A DNA stretch of 64,000 nt, taken from assembly GCA_032123655.1 (NCBI GenBank), contig JAQBEY010000120.1, forward strand, positions 2-64,001, read 5' to 3'. Each line of letters starts with the position of its first letter. Positions within the stretch are counted from its first letter, which is position 1. Position numbers and translations under genes: made by a program. The notes below the pieces were generated by a model, which searched no databases, had not been told where the DNA came from, and saw only the letters and a list, made by a program, of their open reading frames with translations. Source of the DNA: Betaproteobacteria bacterium. GTDB taxonomy: Bacteria; Pseudomonadota; Gammaproteobacteria; Burkholderiales; Casimicrobiaceae. Positions 30,935-42,232 of this stretch are shown one piece after another.

Positions 30935-31864
30935 ATGCACATCCTCATCACTGAGTTCATGGACGCCGCCGCCGTGGCGACGCTCGAGGGGGACTTCGCC
31001 GTCGCCTACGATCGCGATCTGGTCGACCGTCACGACGAGTTGAAGGCACGCATGGCAACCGCCGATGCGCTCATCGTGCGCAACCGGACGCAGGTCGACG
31101 TCGATCTGCTCGCCGCGGCGCCCCGATTGAAGGTCGTCGGCCGCCTCGGGGTGGGACTCGACAACATCGATACCACCGCCTGCGCCGCGCGCGGCATCGA
31201 GGTGATCCCGGCGACGGGTGCCAACGCGCTGGCCGTCGCGGAATATGTGATCGGCACGGCAATGCTGCTGTTGCGCGGTGTCTACCAGTCGAGCAGCAAG
31301 GTGGCGGAAGGCGGTTGGCCGCGCGCAGCGCTGTCCGACGGCCGCGAAATCGCGGGCAAGGTGCTTGGCGTGGTCGGTTTCGGGGGCATAGGTCGCCTCG
31401 CCGGCCGGCTGGGACGCGCGTTGGGCATGCGGGTCATCGGACATGACCCTCAATTGCAGGAGACTTCGTCCATCTGGGTCGCAGAGCAGACTCGCGGCCT
31501 GCCGCTCGATGCGGTATTCGCGCAGAGCGACGTGGTAACGGTGCACGTGCCATTGACCCGGGAAACGCGCGGTCTGGTCGGCGCGGCGCGGCTCGCCCGG
31601 ATGAAGCCGGACGCGATACTGATCAATACCGCGCGTGGCGGTGTGGTTGACGAGGCGGAGGTGGCCGCGGCGCTGCGCGCCGGGAAGTTGGGCGGTGCCG
31701 CGCTAGATGTGTTCGAACGCGAGCCCTTGCCTGCCGGATCGCCACTGGCCGATTGTCCGAATCTGTTGCTCACGCCGCATATCGCCGGCGTGACGCGAGA
31801 ATCGAACGAGCGCGTCTCGTCGCTGGTGGCGGACAAGGTTGCCGCGGCGTTGCGCGCCCGCTGA
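30935..31864 (+). CDS. D-isomer-specific 2-hydroxyacid dehydrogenase family (PGDH-like)
   Basis: NAD-binding GVVGFGGIGRL, ...VHVPLTRETRGL..., INTARGGVVDE and TPHIAG motifs. Confidence 0.8.
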   Translation: MHILITEFMDAAAVATLEGDFAVAYDRDLVDRHDELKARMATADALIVRNRTQVDVDLLAAAPRLKVVGRLGVGLDNIDTTACAARGIEVIPATGANALAVAEYVIGTAMLLLRGVYQSSSKVAEGGWPRAALSDGREIAGKVLGVVGFGGIGRLAGRLGRALGMRVIGHDPQLQETSSIWVAEQTRGLPLDAVFAQSDVVTVHVPLTRETRGLVGAARLARMKPDAILINTARGGVVDEAEVAAALRAGKLGGAALDVFEREPLPAGSPLADCPNLLLTPHIAGVTRESNERVSSLVADKVAAALRAR

Positions 31865-31876
31865 AGGAGATCGGCG

Positions 31877-32872
31877 ATGCCTACCTATACCCTTGATGCG
31901 GCGACCGCTCTGGTCGAACGCGTGCTGGTGGCAGCTGGCGCCAGCGCGGCGATGGCGCGCAGTACCGCGCGTGCTCTGGTCGATGCCGAGGCGCAGGGCC
32001 TGCCATCGCATGGCCTGTCGCGCGTCTCCCAATATGCGACCCATCTGCGCAATGGGCGCGCCGACGGCGCGGCGACTCCGGTCGTGGTGCGCAGCCGCGG
32101 CGGGGCGGTATTGGTCGATGCGGGTTGCGGTCTGGCATTCCCGGCGTGCGCATTTGCCGTCACGGAGGCGCTGGCACGGGCGCGCGAATTCGGCGTGGCC
32201 TTCGCCGGCGTCTGCAACAGCCACCACTTTGGCGTCGCCGCCTACCACCTGCGCCCCGTCGCCGAGGCCGGCATGGTCGGTCTCGCCTTCGGCAACTCGC
32301 CGGCGGCGATGTCCGCCGCCGGCGGCAAGCGGCCGCTGTTTGGAACCAACCCGATCGCCGCAGTGTTTCCACGGCGGGACGGCGCGCCGCTGGCGATCGA
32401 CCTGTCGCTGTCCGAGGTCGCCCGCGGCAAGCTGATGGTTGCCGCCAAGGAAGGTCGTTCGATTCCGACGGGCTGGGCGCTCGACCGCGACGGCAACCCC
32501 ACCACCGATCCCGCCGCCGGGCTCGAGGGGTCGATGTTGCCGGTGGGCGGCACCAAGGGCGCGATGCTGGCGCTGATCGTCGAGTTGCTCGCCTGCGCGC
32601 TCACGGGAGCTGCCATGGGCTTCGAGGCCGACTCCTTCTTCGTCGACGCGGGCAACCGGCCGCGCATCGGCCAGGCGTTCCTGGTCGTCGATCCGGATGC
32701 GCTCGCCGGTCGTGCAGCCTATCTGGAACGCGTCGAGACGCTGATTGCGGCCATGATCGAGGATCCGCAGGTGCGCTTGCCGGGATACCGGCGCGACGCG
32801 CTGGCGCACCAGGCGGCGGCAACGGGCATCACGATTTCCCCGGCGCTGGCGGATTACCTGGAAGCGTTCTGA
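31877..32872 (+). CDS. Ldh2-family (malate/L-lactate/sulfolactate dehydrogenase type 2) oxidoreductase
   Basis: ...GLPSHGLSRV..., NSHHFG, FGTNPIA, and SLSEVARGKL are typical of the Ldh_2 family (AllD/ComC/DpkA relatives). Confidence 0.8.
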   Translation: MPTYTLDAATALVERVLVAAGASAAMARSTARALVDAEAQGLPSHGLSRVSQYATHLRNGRADGAATPVVVRSRGGAVLVDAGCGLAFPACAFAVTEALARAREFGVAFAGVCNSHHFGVAAYHLRPVAEAGMVGLAFGNSPAAMSAAGGKRPLFGTNPIAAVFPRRDGAPLAIDLSLSEVARGKLMVAAKEGRSIPTGWALDRDGNPTTDPAAGLEGSMLPVGGTKGAMLALIVELLACALTGAAMGFEADSFFVDAGNRPRIGQAFLVVDPDALAGRAAYLERVETLIAAMIEDPQVRLPGYRRDALAHQAAATGITISPALADYLEAF

Positions 32873-32941
32873 TGTCCGGACGGTAGCCTTCGCGGGCGTC
32901 GCCGTCGCGCCGATGCGTGAGCAAGGAAAGTGCTGCGCGTT

Positions 32942-33748
32942 CTAACCTGCCACGGCGGCGATGGCTTCGCGCAGCGGATTGAACAGTCCGGGCGCGGCGG
33001 CGATCACCTCATTCGCGCGCAGGAAATCCGTACCGCCGGCGAAATCGCCGACGCGGCCTCCTGCCTCCTTGACCAGTAGCGCGCCGGCGGCGACGTCCCA
33101 GGGATTCAGGCTCATCACCCAGAATCCGTCAAGACGCCCCGCCGCCAGATGCGCCAGGTCGAGAGCGCCCGCACCGGCGCGGCGCAGGCCGGCGCATTGT
33201 CCGTTCAGCGCCTGGAAGATCGGCAGGTAGGTTGCCAGTTTCGGACTTGCCCGCTCCGGAAATACCGTGCCGACGAGCGCCTCGCCGAGGCGCAGGCAGG
33301 CCGATACGCGCAGAGGCGTGTCGTTGCACTGCGCACCCTTGCCCTTGGCGGCCGTGAACAGTTCATCGTGCACCGGATCGAGCACCACCGCGTGCGTCAC
33401 CTCGGCACCGTGCGCCAGCGCGATCGACACGGCGTAATATGGAAAGCGGTGGGCGAAATTCACGGCGCCGTCGATCGGGTCCACGATCCATTTGTAGCCG
33501 CCAGCGTCGCGGGCGCCCTTGATGTGCCCGGATTCCTCGCCCAGAATCGCGTGCTCGGGAAACGCCGCGCGGATGGTCGCCACGATGGCGTCCTCCGCTT
33601 CCATTTCCGCCGTGCTTGCGATATTGCCGTGCTCCTTCGAAAACGAAGGCAGACGCTTGAGGTCGCGCGCGGCGTCGGTGAGGACGCTCGCCGCGCGCCG
33701 TGCCGCGCGTATCGCCACGGCAATGACCGGATCGCTGTTCGAACTCAT
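32942..33748 (-). CDS. Inositol monophosphatase-family protein (SuhB/CysQ-like)
   Basis: Motifs LGEESG, WIVDPIDGAVNF and WDVAAG. The ATG overlaps the stop of the upstream MBL gene (ATGA). Confidence 0.8.
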   Translation of the reverse strand: MSSNSDPVIAVAIRAARRAASVLTDAARDLKRLPSFSKEHGNIASTAEMEAEDAIVATIRAAFPEHAILGEESGHIKGARDAGGYKWIVDPIDGAVNFAHRFPYYAVSIALAHGAEVTHAVVLDPVHDELFTAAKGKGAQCNDTPLRVSACLRLGEALVGTVFPERASPKLATYLPIFQALNGQCAGLRRAGAGALDLAHLAAGRLDGFWVMSLNPWDVAAGALLVKEAGGRVGDFAGGTDFLRANEVIAAAPGLFNPLREAIAAVAG

Positions 33749-34740
33749 GGTTTGCCCGACTTGAGCGCCTCCTGCTCCATCAGCAGGTAGGTGCCGTAGG
33801 CGTTGATCCGATTGGCCTGCGCGAACGCCGGCAGGCTGCGGAAGCGCGACCAGTCGACCGTGGCGTAGGCCTCGTCGAAGGTCTGGAGGTCTTCGACTGC
33901 CCGGCCCATCGAGGCGCGCAGGAAGAGGAGGTAATCGCGGGTAAGCACCAGGTCTCGCCCCACGTCGGTCGACGCGGGACCATGACCGGGCACCACGACC
34001 ACCGGCCGCAGCGCGATCATCTTGTCCAGGGCCTTCAGCCAGCCCGCGCTATCGGCATTGCCGACAAAGGGCACGCGGCCCGAGAAGACCAGGTCTCCGG
34101 CAAAGAGCAATCGATCCTCCTCGACGTACAGCATCAGATCTTCCGGCGTATGCGCGCCTTCGGAATACACGATTCTGAACGTGAGGCCCCCGAGGCGAAA
34201 GCTGGTGTCGCCGTCGAGCCAGAGGTCCGGCGGGACGACGACGGTCTGGTCATCGACCCATGGGAAGAGGGCGACGCGGCGCTGGGCCAGACGCGCCGCA
34301 GCCTCTTCTGAGTTGAGATAGTGATTCGCCTTGCGGTGCGCCCATATTTCGGCGCCCGTTGCCTTGAGCGCCTGCAAGCCGTAGACGTGGTCGGCATGAT
34401 AGTGGCCGACCACGATGCGGCGAATGGGTTGCGGCGTCACGCGGCGAATCGCCTCGAGCATGGCCTGGCCCAGCACCGGCGTGGCCAGCGCGTCGTAGAC
34501 GACGACGCCATCGTCGGTGACCACGAACCCCGCGTTGGACATGAATCCCTTGTTCTGCGCGCTGGCCATGCCGGCCTCGCCCTGGAAAAACCAGCCGTGC
34601 GCGGAGACCTGGCGGGGCGTGAGGACGATGCGGTCGTCGGCTTTGGCGCCAGCGGCGCAGACGGATGCACCGAGCACGGCAGCGACCAGGAAGCGCGTAA
34701 CGGTCATGGCGGCGACGAGTTGCTTGATCATGGCCGACAT
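33745..34740 (-). CDS. Secreted MBL-fold metallo-hydrolase
   Basis: Signal peptide (...VLGASVCAAGAKA), HxHxDH motif (GHYHADH) and downstream ...VVVPGHG. The start is placed at 34740, next to the upstream gene's stop. Confidence 0.75.
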   Translation of the reverse strand: MSAMIKQLVAAMTVTRFLVAAVLGASVCAAGAKADDRIVLTPRQVSAHGWFFQGEAGMASAQNKGFMSNAGFVVTDDGVVVYDALATPVLGQAMLEAIRRVTPQPIRRIVVGHYHADHVYGLQALKATGAEIWAHRKANHYLNSEEAAARLAQRRVALFPWVDDQTVVVPPDLWLDGDTSFRLGGLTFRIVYSEGAHTPEDLMLYVEEDRLLFAGDLVFSGRVPFVGNADSAGWLKALDKMIALRPVVVVPGHGPASTDVGRDLVLTRDYLLFLRASMGRAVEDLQTFDEAYATVDWSRFRSLPAFAQANRINAYGTYLLMEQEALKSGKP

Positions 34741-34741
34741 T

Positions 34742-35899
34742 CTAATCCGCCGCCGCGGTATCCGCCGCGCCGCCACCCGGTGCCACGTACTTCGCCATGA
34801 AGCGACGATCGATCCAGTCCTTCCAACGCCAGACCCAGTCGCCTTCCAGCATCAGGGGCCCGCGCGAGGCGATGGCATGCTTGCCTCCGGTCGAGATCAA
34901 AGCCAACGCGTCGCGCTGCGGTACATAGGCGAGCAGCGGTTGGTCGAGCGCCGCGCGACGCAGGTTCGCCGCCAATGGCGGACCCTGGCGTACGGCGTAG
35001 ACACCCGATTTCGGCCGTGGCTGTTCGCTCTGCGAGGCGCAATCGCCTGCGGCGAAAACGAAGGGGTGCGAGACCGACCGCAGATACGCGTCGATCTCCA
35101 CGAAGCCGCGCGCGTCGCATACGAGTCCGGAGGCGGCGAGCCAGGGCTGCGCGCTGGCCGACGTCGCCCAGATGATGCGGTCCATGGCGATCCGGCGCTG
35201 GCGGGCGACGACCACAATGCCTGGTTCGACGGCCCTCGCGGCGCTGTCGAAATGCAGCACGACACCGCGCTCGACCAGAATGCGGCCCAGCCGCCCGCGT
35301 ACCCTGGACGGATGCTGCGGCAGCAGTTGCGACTGGTCGGTGACAAGCGCGAAGCGCGGCGCGCCGGCGCCAAGCGTCGCCTGCAGCCGATGCTGCATCG
35401 CCAGCAGGATCTCGACGCCGCCCGCGCCCCCGCCGACGATTCCGATGGTATGCCGGCGACGTTCCGCGGCTTCGGCCTGGATACGCGTCCAGGCGTCGAG
35501 GAAGGCGGCCACGGGCTTGACCGCGAGCGCATGTTCCCGGGCGCCGGGGATGGCGGTATCGGGCGTGGAGCCGATGTCGATCGAAACGAAATCGAAGGCA
35601 AGGCGTCGACCGGTGGCGAGTGTCACCGTCCTATGGTGCAGCTCGATGGCCTTCACGCTGTCGGCGACGTAGTTGGCGCCTGCCCAGCGCGCGAGCGGTG
35701 GCAGCGCGATGTGCGACTGCTCGAGCGTGTAATGGCCGGCAACGAGTCCCGGCAGCATTCCGGAGTAGGCGGTCAGCGCATCGGGTGAAACCAGCGTCAG
35801 CGCGATGGCGGGATCAGGGCGCAGCGCGAAACGGCGCAGCACTTCGACGTGGCTGTGGCCACCACCGATCAGCAGGAGGCGCGTGGGGCGGGATTCCAT
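34742..35899 (-). CDS. FAD-dependent pyridine nucleotide-disulfide oxidoreductase family (NDH-2/SQR superfamily; resembles the N-terminal-to-SelD group as I recall it)
   Basis: Two Rossmann motifs ([10 protein letters not shown] and [12 protein letters not shown]) in a 385-aa protein. The subfamily assignment is from memory of TIGR03169-like proteins, not from a search. Confidence 0.65.
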   Translation of the reverse strand: MESRPTRLLLIGGGHSHVEVLRRFALRPDPAIALTLVSPDALTAYSGMLPGLVAGHYTLEQSHIALPPLARWAGANYVADSVKAIELHHRTVTLATGRRLAFDFVSIDIGSTPDTAIPGAREHALAVKPVAAFLDAWTRIQAEAAERRRHTIGIVGGGAGGVEILLAMQHRLQATLGAGAPRFALVTDQSQLLPQHPSRVRGRLGRILVERGVVLHFDSAARAVEPGIVVVARQRRIAMDRIIWATSASAQPWLAASGLVCDARGFVEIDAYLRSVSHPFVFAAGDCASQSEQPRPKSGVYAVRQGPPLAANLRRAALDQPLLAYVPQRDALALISTGGKHAIASRGPLMLEGDWVWRWKDWIDRRFMAKYVAPGGGAADTAAAD

Positions 35900-36120
35900 C
35901 GTCGGATCAGCGAAGTCGTGCGGGGCACCGAGTCACAAGCTGCGGCTATCGTACACGACGCGATCTCGCGATTTCAGGACGATGCTGCGCCGCCGCAGCG
36001 GTGGTCCGCATTGCCGCATCGACCGCCGCGCAGTATTCTAGACAGCCTCGCCGCACCCGAAAAACCCCCGAATGTCTGCCGGTGCTGTTGCGCCGCGCGT
36101 CTCGTCCGAAGGAGATCATA

Positions 36121-36603
36121 GTGTCGATTCCACTTTCACTGACCGTCAATGGCAAGGCGGTGAGCGCCACCGTCGATGAACGTACGCTGCTGGTCGAGTT
36201 GCTGCGCAATCACCTCAATCTCACCGGCACGCACATCGGCTGCGACACTGCGCAGTGCGGCGCCTGCACGGTGCAGGTCGACGGCCGGGCGGTGAAGGCC
36301 TGCAATGTCCTGGCGGCGCAGATGGACGGTGCCGCGGTCGTCACCATCGAAGGACTCGCCGCGGCCGACGGCACGCTGCATCCGATGCAGGCGGCGTTCA
36401 AGGAATGCCACGGCCTGCAATGCGGCTTCTGCACCACCGGCATGGTGATGAGCGCGATCGATCTGGTGGCGCGGCATCCGAACGCGGATGAGCAGACGAT
36501 ACGCGAGGAACTCGAGGGCAACCTGTGCCGGTGCACCGGCTATCACAACATCGTCCGCGCGGTCGCCACCGGCGCCGCGGCGATGGCCAAGCAGGGAGGC
36601 TGA
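36121..36603 (+). CDS. coxS: Molybdo-flavoprotein hydroxylase small (2Fe-2S) subunit, CoxS-type
   Basis: Two [2Fe-2S] motifs, [11 protein letters not shown] and CGFCTTGM...CRCTGY. GTG start at 36121 after a GGAG Shine-Dalgarno sequence. Confidence 0.85.
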   Translation: MSIPLSLTVNGKAVSATVDERTLLVELLRNHLNLTGTHIGCDTAQCGACTVQVDGRAVKACNVLAAQMDGAAVVTIEGLAAADGTLHPMQAAFKECHGLQCGFCTTGMVMSAIDLVARHPNADEQTIREELEGNLCRCTGYHNIVRAVATGAAAMAKQGG

Positions 36604-36604
36604 C

Positions 36605-38971
36605 ATGGGAGCCAACGACCAGGGCGTGATCGGCCAACCGGTACGACGCAAGGAGGATCACCGCTTTCTCATCGGCGCCGGGCAGTACACCGACGACGTC
36701 AACGTGCACGGGCAGACCTACGCCTGTTTCCTGCGCTCACCGCATGCGCATGCCGTCATCAAGAGCATCGACACGGCGAAGGCCAAGGCCGCGCCCGGCG
36801 TGGTGGCGATATTCACCGGTGCCGACCTGACCGGCGTCAACGGCCTGCCCTGCGGTTGGCTGATCACCGGCACCGACGGCAAGCCGATGAACGAGCCGCC
36901 GCATCCGGTGCTGGCGCAGGGCAAGGTGCGCCACGTCGGCGACCAGCTGGCCATAGTGATCGCCGAAACCGCGGTACAGGCCAAGGACGCCGCCGAGCTG
37001 ATCGACGTCGACTACGAGGTGCTGCCGGCGGTGGTGAACTGCGTGGACGCGCTGAAACCGGGCGCGCCGCAGATCCACGAGCAGGCGCCGGGCAACAAGT
37101 GCTACACGTGGGCGCTGGGCGACAAGGCGGCGGTCGATGCAGCCTTCGCCAAGGCCGCTCATGTGTCGAAGCTCGACATCGTCAACAACCGGCTGATCCC
37201 CAATGCCATCGAGCCGCGCGCGGCGCTGGCCAGTTACAGCCGGTCCGACGATTCCTACACGCTCTACGTGGCCAGCCAGAATCCGCACGTCGAGCGGCTG
37301 CTGATGACCGCTTTCGTGCTGGGCCTGCCCGAGTCCAAGGTGCGGGTGATTGCGCCGGACGTCGGCGGCGGCTTTGGTTCCAAGATCTATCTCTACGCCG
37401 AGGAAACGGCGATGGTGTGGGCCTCGAAGCAGGTCAACCGGCCGATCAAGTGGGCGGCCGAGCGCAGCGAGTCCTTTCTCACCGACGCGCATGGCCGCGA
37501 CCACGTGTCGCACGTCGAACTGGCCATGGACAAGGACGGCAGGTTCCTGGCGCTGCGCGTGGACACGGTCGCCAACATGGGCGCCTACCTGTCGACGTTT
37601 TCGACCTGCATCCCGACCATCCTGTACGCGACGCTGCTCGCCGGCCAGTACACGACGCCGGCGATCCATTGCGAGGTCACGGCGTCGTTCACCAACACCG
37701 CACCGGTCGATGCCTACCGCGGCGCCGGACGGCCCGAGGCGACCTTCGTGGTCGAGCGCATCGTGCACCAGGCGGCGGTGGACATGAAGATGGCGCAGGA
37801 CGAGATCCGCCGGCGCAACTTCATCCACGACTTTCCGTATGCGACGCCGGTCGCGCTCACCTACGACACCGGCGACTATGACGCCACGCTCGACGGGGCG
37901 ATGAAGACCGCCGATGTGGCCGGATTCGCCGCACGCAAGGCGGAATCCGCCAAGCGCGGGATGCTGCGCGGCCTGGGTTATGCGTCCTACATCGAAGCCT
38001 GCGGCCTGGCACCATCGAACATCGCCGGTGCGCTGGGCGCGCGGGCGGGTCTGTTCGAGGCGGGACAGGTGCGCGTCAACCCGACCGGCAGCGTGACGGT
38101 GTTCACCGGCTCGCACAGCCATGGCCAGGGACACGAGACGACCTTCGCGCAGGTGGTGGCGGGCCGGCTGGGCATCGACATCGAAAACGTGGAAGTCGTG
38201 CACGGCGACACCGGCCGCATTCCCTTCGGCATGGGCACCTACGGCTCGCGCTCGCTGTCGGTGGGCGGCACCGCCATCGTCAAGGCGCTCGACAAGGTGA
38301 TCGCCAAGGGCAAGAAGATCGCTGCGCACCTGCTCGAAGCGGCCGAGGGCGACATCGAATTCAAGGACGGCAAGTTCACCGTCGCCGGCACCGACCGCAG
38401 CAAGGCCTTCGCGGAAATATCGCTCGCCGCCTATGTGCCGCACAACTATCCGCTGGACAAGCTCGAGCCGGGTCTGGACGAAACCGCGTTCTACGATCCG
38501 ACCAACTTCACCTATCCGGCGGGCACGCACATCTGCGAGGTGGAGATCGACCCGGAGACCGGCGTGGTCAAGGTGGCGAGCTTCACCGCCTGCGACGACT
38601 TCGGCAACATCATCAACCCGATGATCGTCGACGGGCAGGTGCACGGCGGCGTCACGCAGGGCATCGGCCAGGCGCTGTTGGAGAACTGCGTCTACGACCC
38701 GGAAAGCGGACAGCTGCTCACCGGCAGCTACATGGACTACGCCATGCCCCGTGCCGACGACGTGCCGTCGTTCAAGGTCGAGACCCGGGTCACGCCCTGC
38801 ACGCACAATCCGCTTGGCGCGAAAGGCTGCGGCGAGGCCGGCGCCATCGGCGCGCCGGCGGCGATGATGAACGCGGTGCACGACGCACTGGCGGAAGTCG
38901 GGGTGACCCGCATCGACATGCCGGCGTCGCCGCATCGCGTCTGGCAAGCCATCCAATCCGCGCGCGCCTGA
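36605..38971 (+). CDS. coxL: Molybdopterin-binding large subunit, form II CoxL-like
   Basis: 788 aa. The active-site loop reads [12 protein letters not shown] (AYRGAGR, form II), not the AYxCSFR motif of bona fide CO dehydrogenases. Confidence 0.85.
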   Translation: MGANDQGVIGQPVRRKEDHRFLIGAGQYTDDVNVHGQTYACFLRSPHAHAVIKSIDTAKAKAAPGVVAIFTGADLTGVNGLPCGWLITGTDGKPMNEPPHPVLAQGKVRHVGDQLAIVIAETAVQAKDAAELIDVDYEVLPAVVNCVDALKPGAPQIHEQAPGNKCYTWALGDKAAVDAAFAKAAHVSKLDIVNNRLIPNAIEPRAALASYSRSDDSYTLYVASQNPHVERLLMTAFVLGLPESKVRVIAPDVGGGFGSKIYLYAEETAMVWASKQVNRPIKWAAERSESFLTDAHGRDHVSHVELAMDKDGRFLALRVDTVANMGAYLSTFSTCIPTILYATLLAGQYTTPAIHCEVTASFTNTAPVDAYRGAGRPEATFVVERIVHQAAVDMKMAQDEIRRRNFIHDFPYATPVALTYDTGDYDATLDGAMKTADVAGFAARKAESAKRGMLRGLGYASYIEACGLAPSNIAGALGARAGLFEAGQVRVNPTGSVTVFTGSHSHGQGHETTFAQVVAGRLGIDIENVEVVHGDTGRIPFGMGTYGSRSLSVGGTAIVKALDKVIAKGKKIAAHLLEAAEGDIEFKDGKFTVAGTDRSKAFAEISLAAYVPHNYPLDKLEPGLDETAFYDPTNFTYPAGTHICEVEIDPETGVVKVASFTACDDFGNIINPMIVDGQVHGGVTQGIGQALLENCVYDPESGQLLTGSYMDYAMPRADDVPSFKVETRVTPCTHNPLGAKGCGEAGAIGAPAAMMNAVHDALAEVGVTRIDMPASPHRVWQAIQSARA

Positions 38972-38985
38972 ACCGGAGAACGCAC

Positions 38986-39780
38986 ATGTACACATTCGAA
39001 TTCAAGAAAGTCGACTCCGTCGCCGCTGCCGCGGAACTGCTCGCCAAGACCGGCGGACGGCCACTGGCTGGCGGACAAAGCCTCATCGCGGCGATGAAAA
39101 TGCGCCTGTCGCAGCCGGGTACGCTGGTCGACCTCTCGGGCATCGCCGAACTCAAGGGAATCCGCAAGGAAGGCGACGCCATCGTCATCGGGGCGATGAC
39201 CCGTCATGCCGAGGTGGCGACGTCGAGGGAGGTGAAGTCCGCGATTCCCGCGCTGGCCGCGCTGGCCGATGGCATCGGCGACCGGCAGGTGCGCAACATG
39301 GGCACGCTGGGCGGTGCGCTGGCCAACAACGATCCGGCCGCCTGTTATCCGGCGGCGGTGCTGGGCCTGGGTGCGACCGTGCACACCAACAAGCGCAAGA
39401 TCGCCGCCGACGAGTTCTTCAAAGGCATGTATGAAACCGCGCTGGCCGAAGGCGAGTTGATCACCGCGGTCAGTTTTCCGATTCCGAAGAAGGCGGCGTA
39501 CATGAAGTTCGTGCAGCCGGCGTCGCGCTTCGCGCTGGTCGGCGTGTTCGTCGCGCAGACCGCCGGCGGCGTGCGCGTGGCCGTTACCGGCGCGGCGGGA
39601 AGCGGGGTGTTTCGTTGCAAGCCGCTGGAGGACGCGCTGGGCAAGAGCTTCAAGGCCGACGCCGCCAGGGCGGTCAGGATCGACGCCGCGGGGCTGAGCA
39701 ACGATCTGCACGGCTCGCCGGAATACCGGGCGCATCTGGTGGCGGTGATGGCGGCGCGGGCGGTGGCTGCGGCCGGCTAG
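38986..39780 (+). CDS. coxM: FAD-binding medium subunit, CoxM-type
   Basis: ...PLAGGQSLIAAMKMR... FAD-binding motif; 264 aa; follows coxL (S-L-M order). Confidence 0.85.
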   Translation: MYTFEFKKVDSVAAAAELLAKTGGRPLAGGQSLIAAMKMRLSQPGTLVDLSGIAELKGIRKEGDAIVIGAMTRHAEVATSREVKSAIPALAALADGIGDRQVRNMGTLGGALANNDPAACYPAAVLGLGATVHTNKRKIAADEFFKGMYETALAEGELITAVSFPIPKKAAYMKFVQPASRFALVGVFVAQTAGGVRVAVTGAAGSGVFRCKPLEDALGKSFKADAARAVRIDAAGLSNDLHGSPEYRAHLVAVMAARAVAAAG

Positions 39781-39800
39781 GCGTGCGGCCTTGCTATGCT

Positions 39801-39835
39801 ACGGGCGGGGGCTATCCTCCGCCCGTTTCTTTTCG
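39801..39835 (+). terminator. Intrinsic-terminator-like hairpin between coxM and coxD
   Basis: acgggcgg-ggctatcct-ccgcccgt followed by ttcttttc, immediately before the coxD start. Confidence 0.4.
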
Positions 39836-39836
39836 A

Positions 39837-40762
<926 letters not shown>

Positions 40763-40766
<4 letters not shown>

Positions 40767-42007
40767 CGCTGGCCACGCGCAGCGGACAGGCCGGCCTGCC
40801 GCGCGGTCGCCTCGCCGAGAACGTCCTGCATTTCGTGCGCGTGCTGCGCGCGGCCGGAATTCCGGTAGGGCCGGCGAAGGTGATCGACGCAGTGGCCGCG
40901 CTCGAGGTCGTCGGCATCGCCAACAAGAGCGATTTTCGCGAGGCGCTTGCCGCGGTGCTGGTCTCCCGCCGCGAGCATCTGCCGCTGTTCGAGCAGGCCT
41001 TCGACCTGTTCTGGCGCAACCCGAAGCTCCTCGAGAAAATGGTGGCCGCATTGCTGCCGCGCGTGTACGGACGCACCGGCGAACAGGCGCAGGAGCCGGA
41101 AGTCGCGGCGCGACTGGCGCAGGCGCTGTCGCCGCCGAAGCGGCCCGACGACCGACCGGAGGAGATGGAGGAGGTCGAACTCGACGCGGCGCTCTCGTTC
41201 TCGCCGCGCGAGATCCTGCAGCAGAAGGATTTCGCGACCATGACCGCGGACGAGCTGCGCGAAGTCAAGGCCATGCTTGCACAACTGCGCCTCCCGCTGC
41301 ACGAGCATCCGGTACGTCGCACGCGATCGGCGCGGCGCGGGTCGCGGGTGGATCTGCGAGCGACCATGCGAGGGATGACGGGTGCGGCCGGCGCGGTCGC
41401 GCCGCTGGCGTATCGGCGGCGTGTGCGGCGCCCGCCGCCGCTGGTCGTGCTCTGCGACATCTCCGGCTCGATGGACCGCTACGCGCGGATGCTGCTGCAT
41501 TTTCTGCACGCAATCACCAACGACCGGCACCGCGTGCATACGCTGGTCTTCGGGACGCGGCTTACCAACATCACCCGGCACCTCACGCACCGTGACGTCG
41601 ACGTGGCGCTGGCGCGGGTGACCGCCGCGGTGGACGACTGGGCAGGGGGCACGCGAATCGGCGCCTGCATGGCCGACTTCAACCGCTTCTGGTCGCGACG
41701 TCTGCTTGGTCAGAATGCGGTGGTCCTGCTCATCAGCGACGGCCTCGATGCGGAGGGTGGCGAAGGACTGGGCTTCGAGGTCGAGCGTCTGGCCAAGTCG
41801 TGCACGCGCCTCATCTGGCTCAATCCATTGCTGCGCTACTCCGGCTTCGAGGCGCGTCCGGCCGGCATTCGGGCAATGCTCCCGCACGTCGACGATTTCC
41901 TGCCGGTGCACAACATTGCATCGCTGCGCGAGTTGGCCGCGGCGCTCGACCTGCGACGCCCGCGCACGATCAAGCCGCCGGCCGGCGCGTCGTCGCGCGG
42001 AGCCTAG
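40763..42007 (+). CDS. coxE: VWA-domain protein, CoxE-like
   Basis: MIDAS motif VVLCDISGSM in the C-terminal VWA domain. The GTG start overlaps the coxD stop. Confidence 0.8.
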
Positions 42008-42232
42008 GCGGACCGGTCGCAGCATGCTCGCCCGGCCGGGCCTCGACCGATGGCCGCCCGCGGAGGCAACGTTTCGGATCGCGAAGCGGTGGCTCTACAA
42101 TGCGCCTCATGAACGCCGGATCATGGGGGCGGCGCTGAGTATTCATTGGTTGCTGCAGCCGGTTGCTGCGCGATTTTCGACAATGCGATCGCCGCCGCGA
42201 AACTGCAGGCACACCGCGAGGAGCAATACCGA

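Noticed and set aside
36737-38995. 752-aa minus-strand ORF
   Set aside because: It is antisense to the CoxL-like gene. It has no recognisable motifs and an R/H/G/A-rich composition, so it is a GC-driven open frame.
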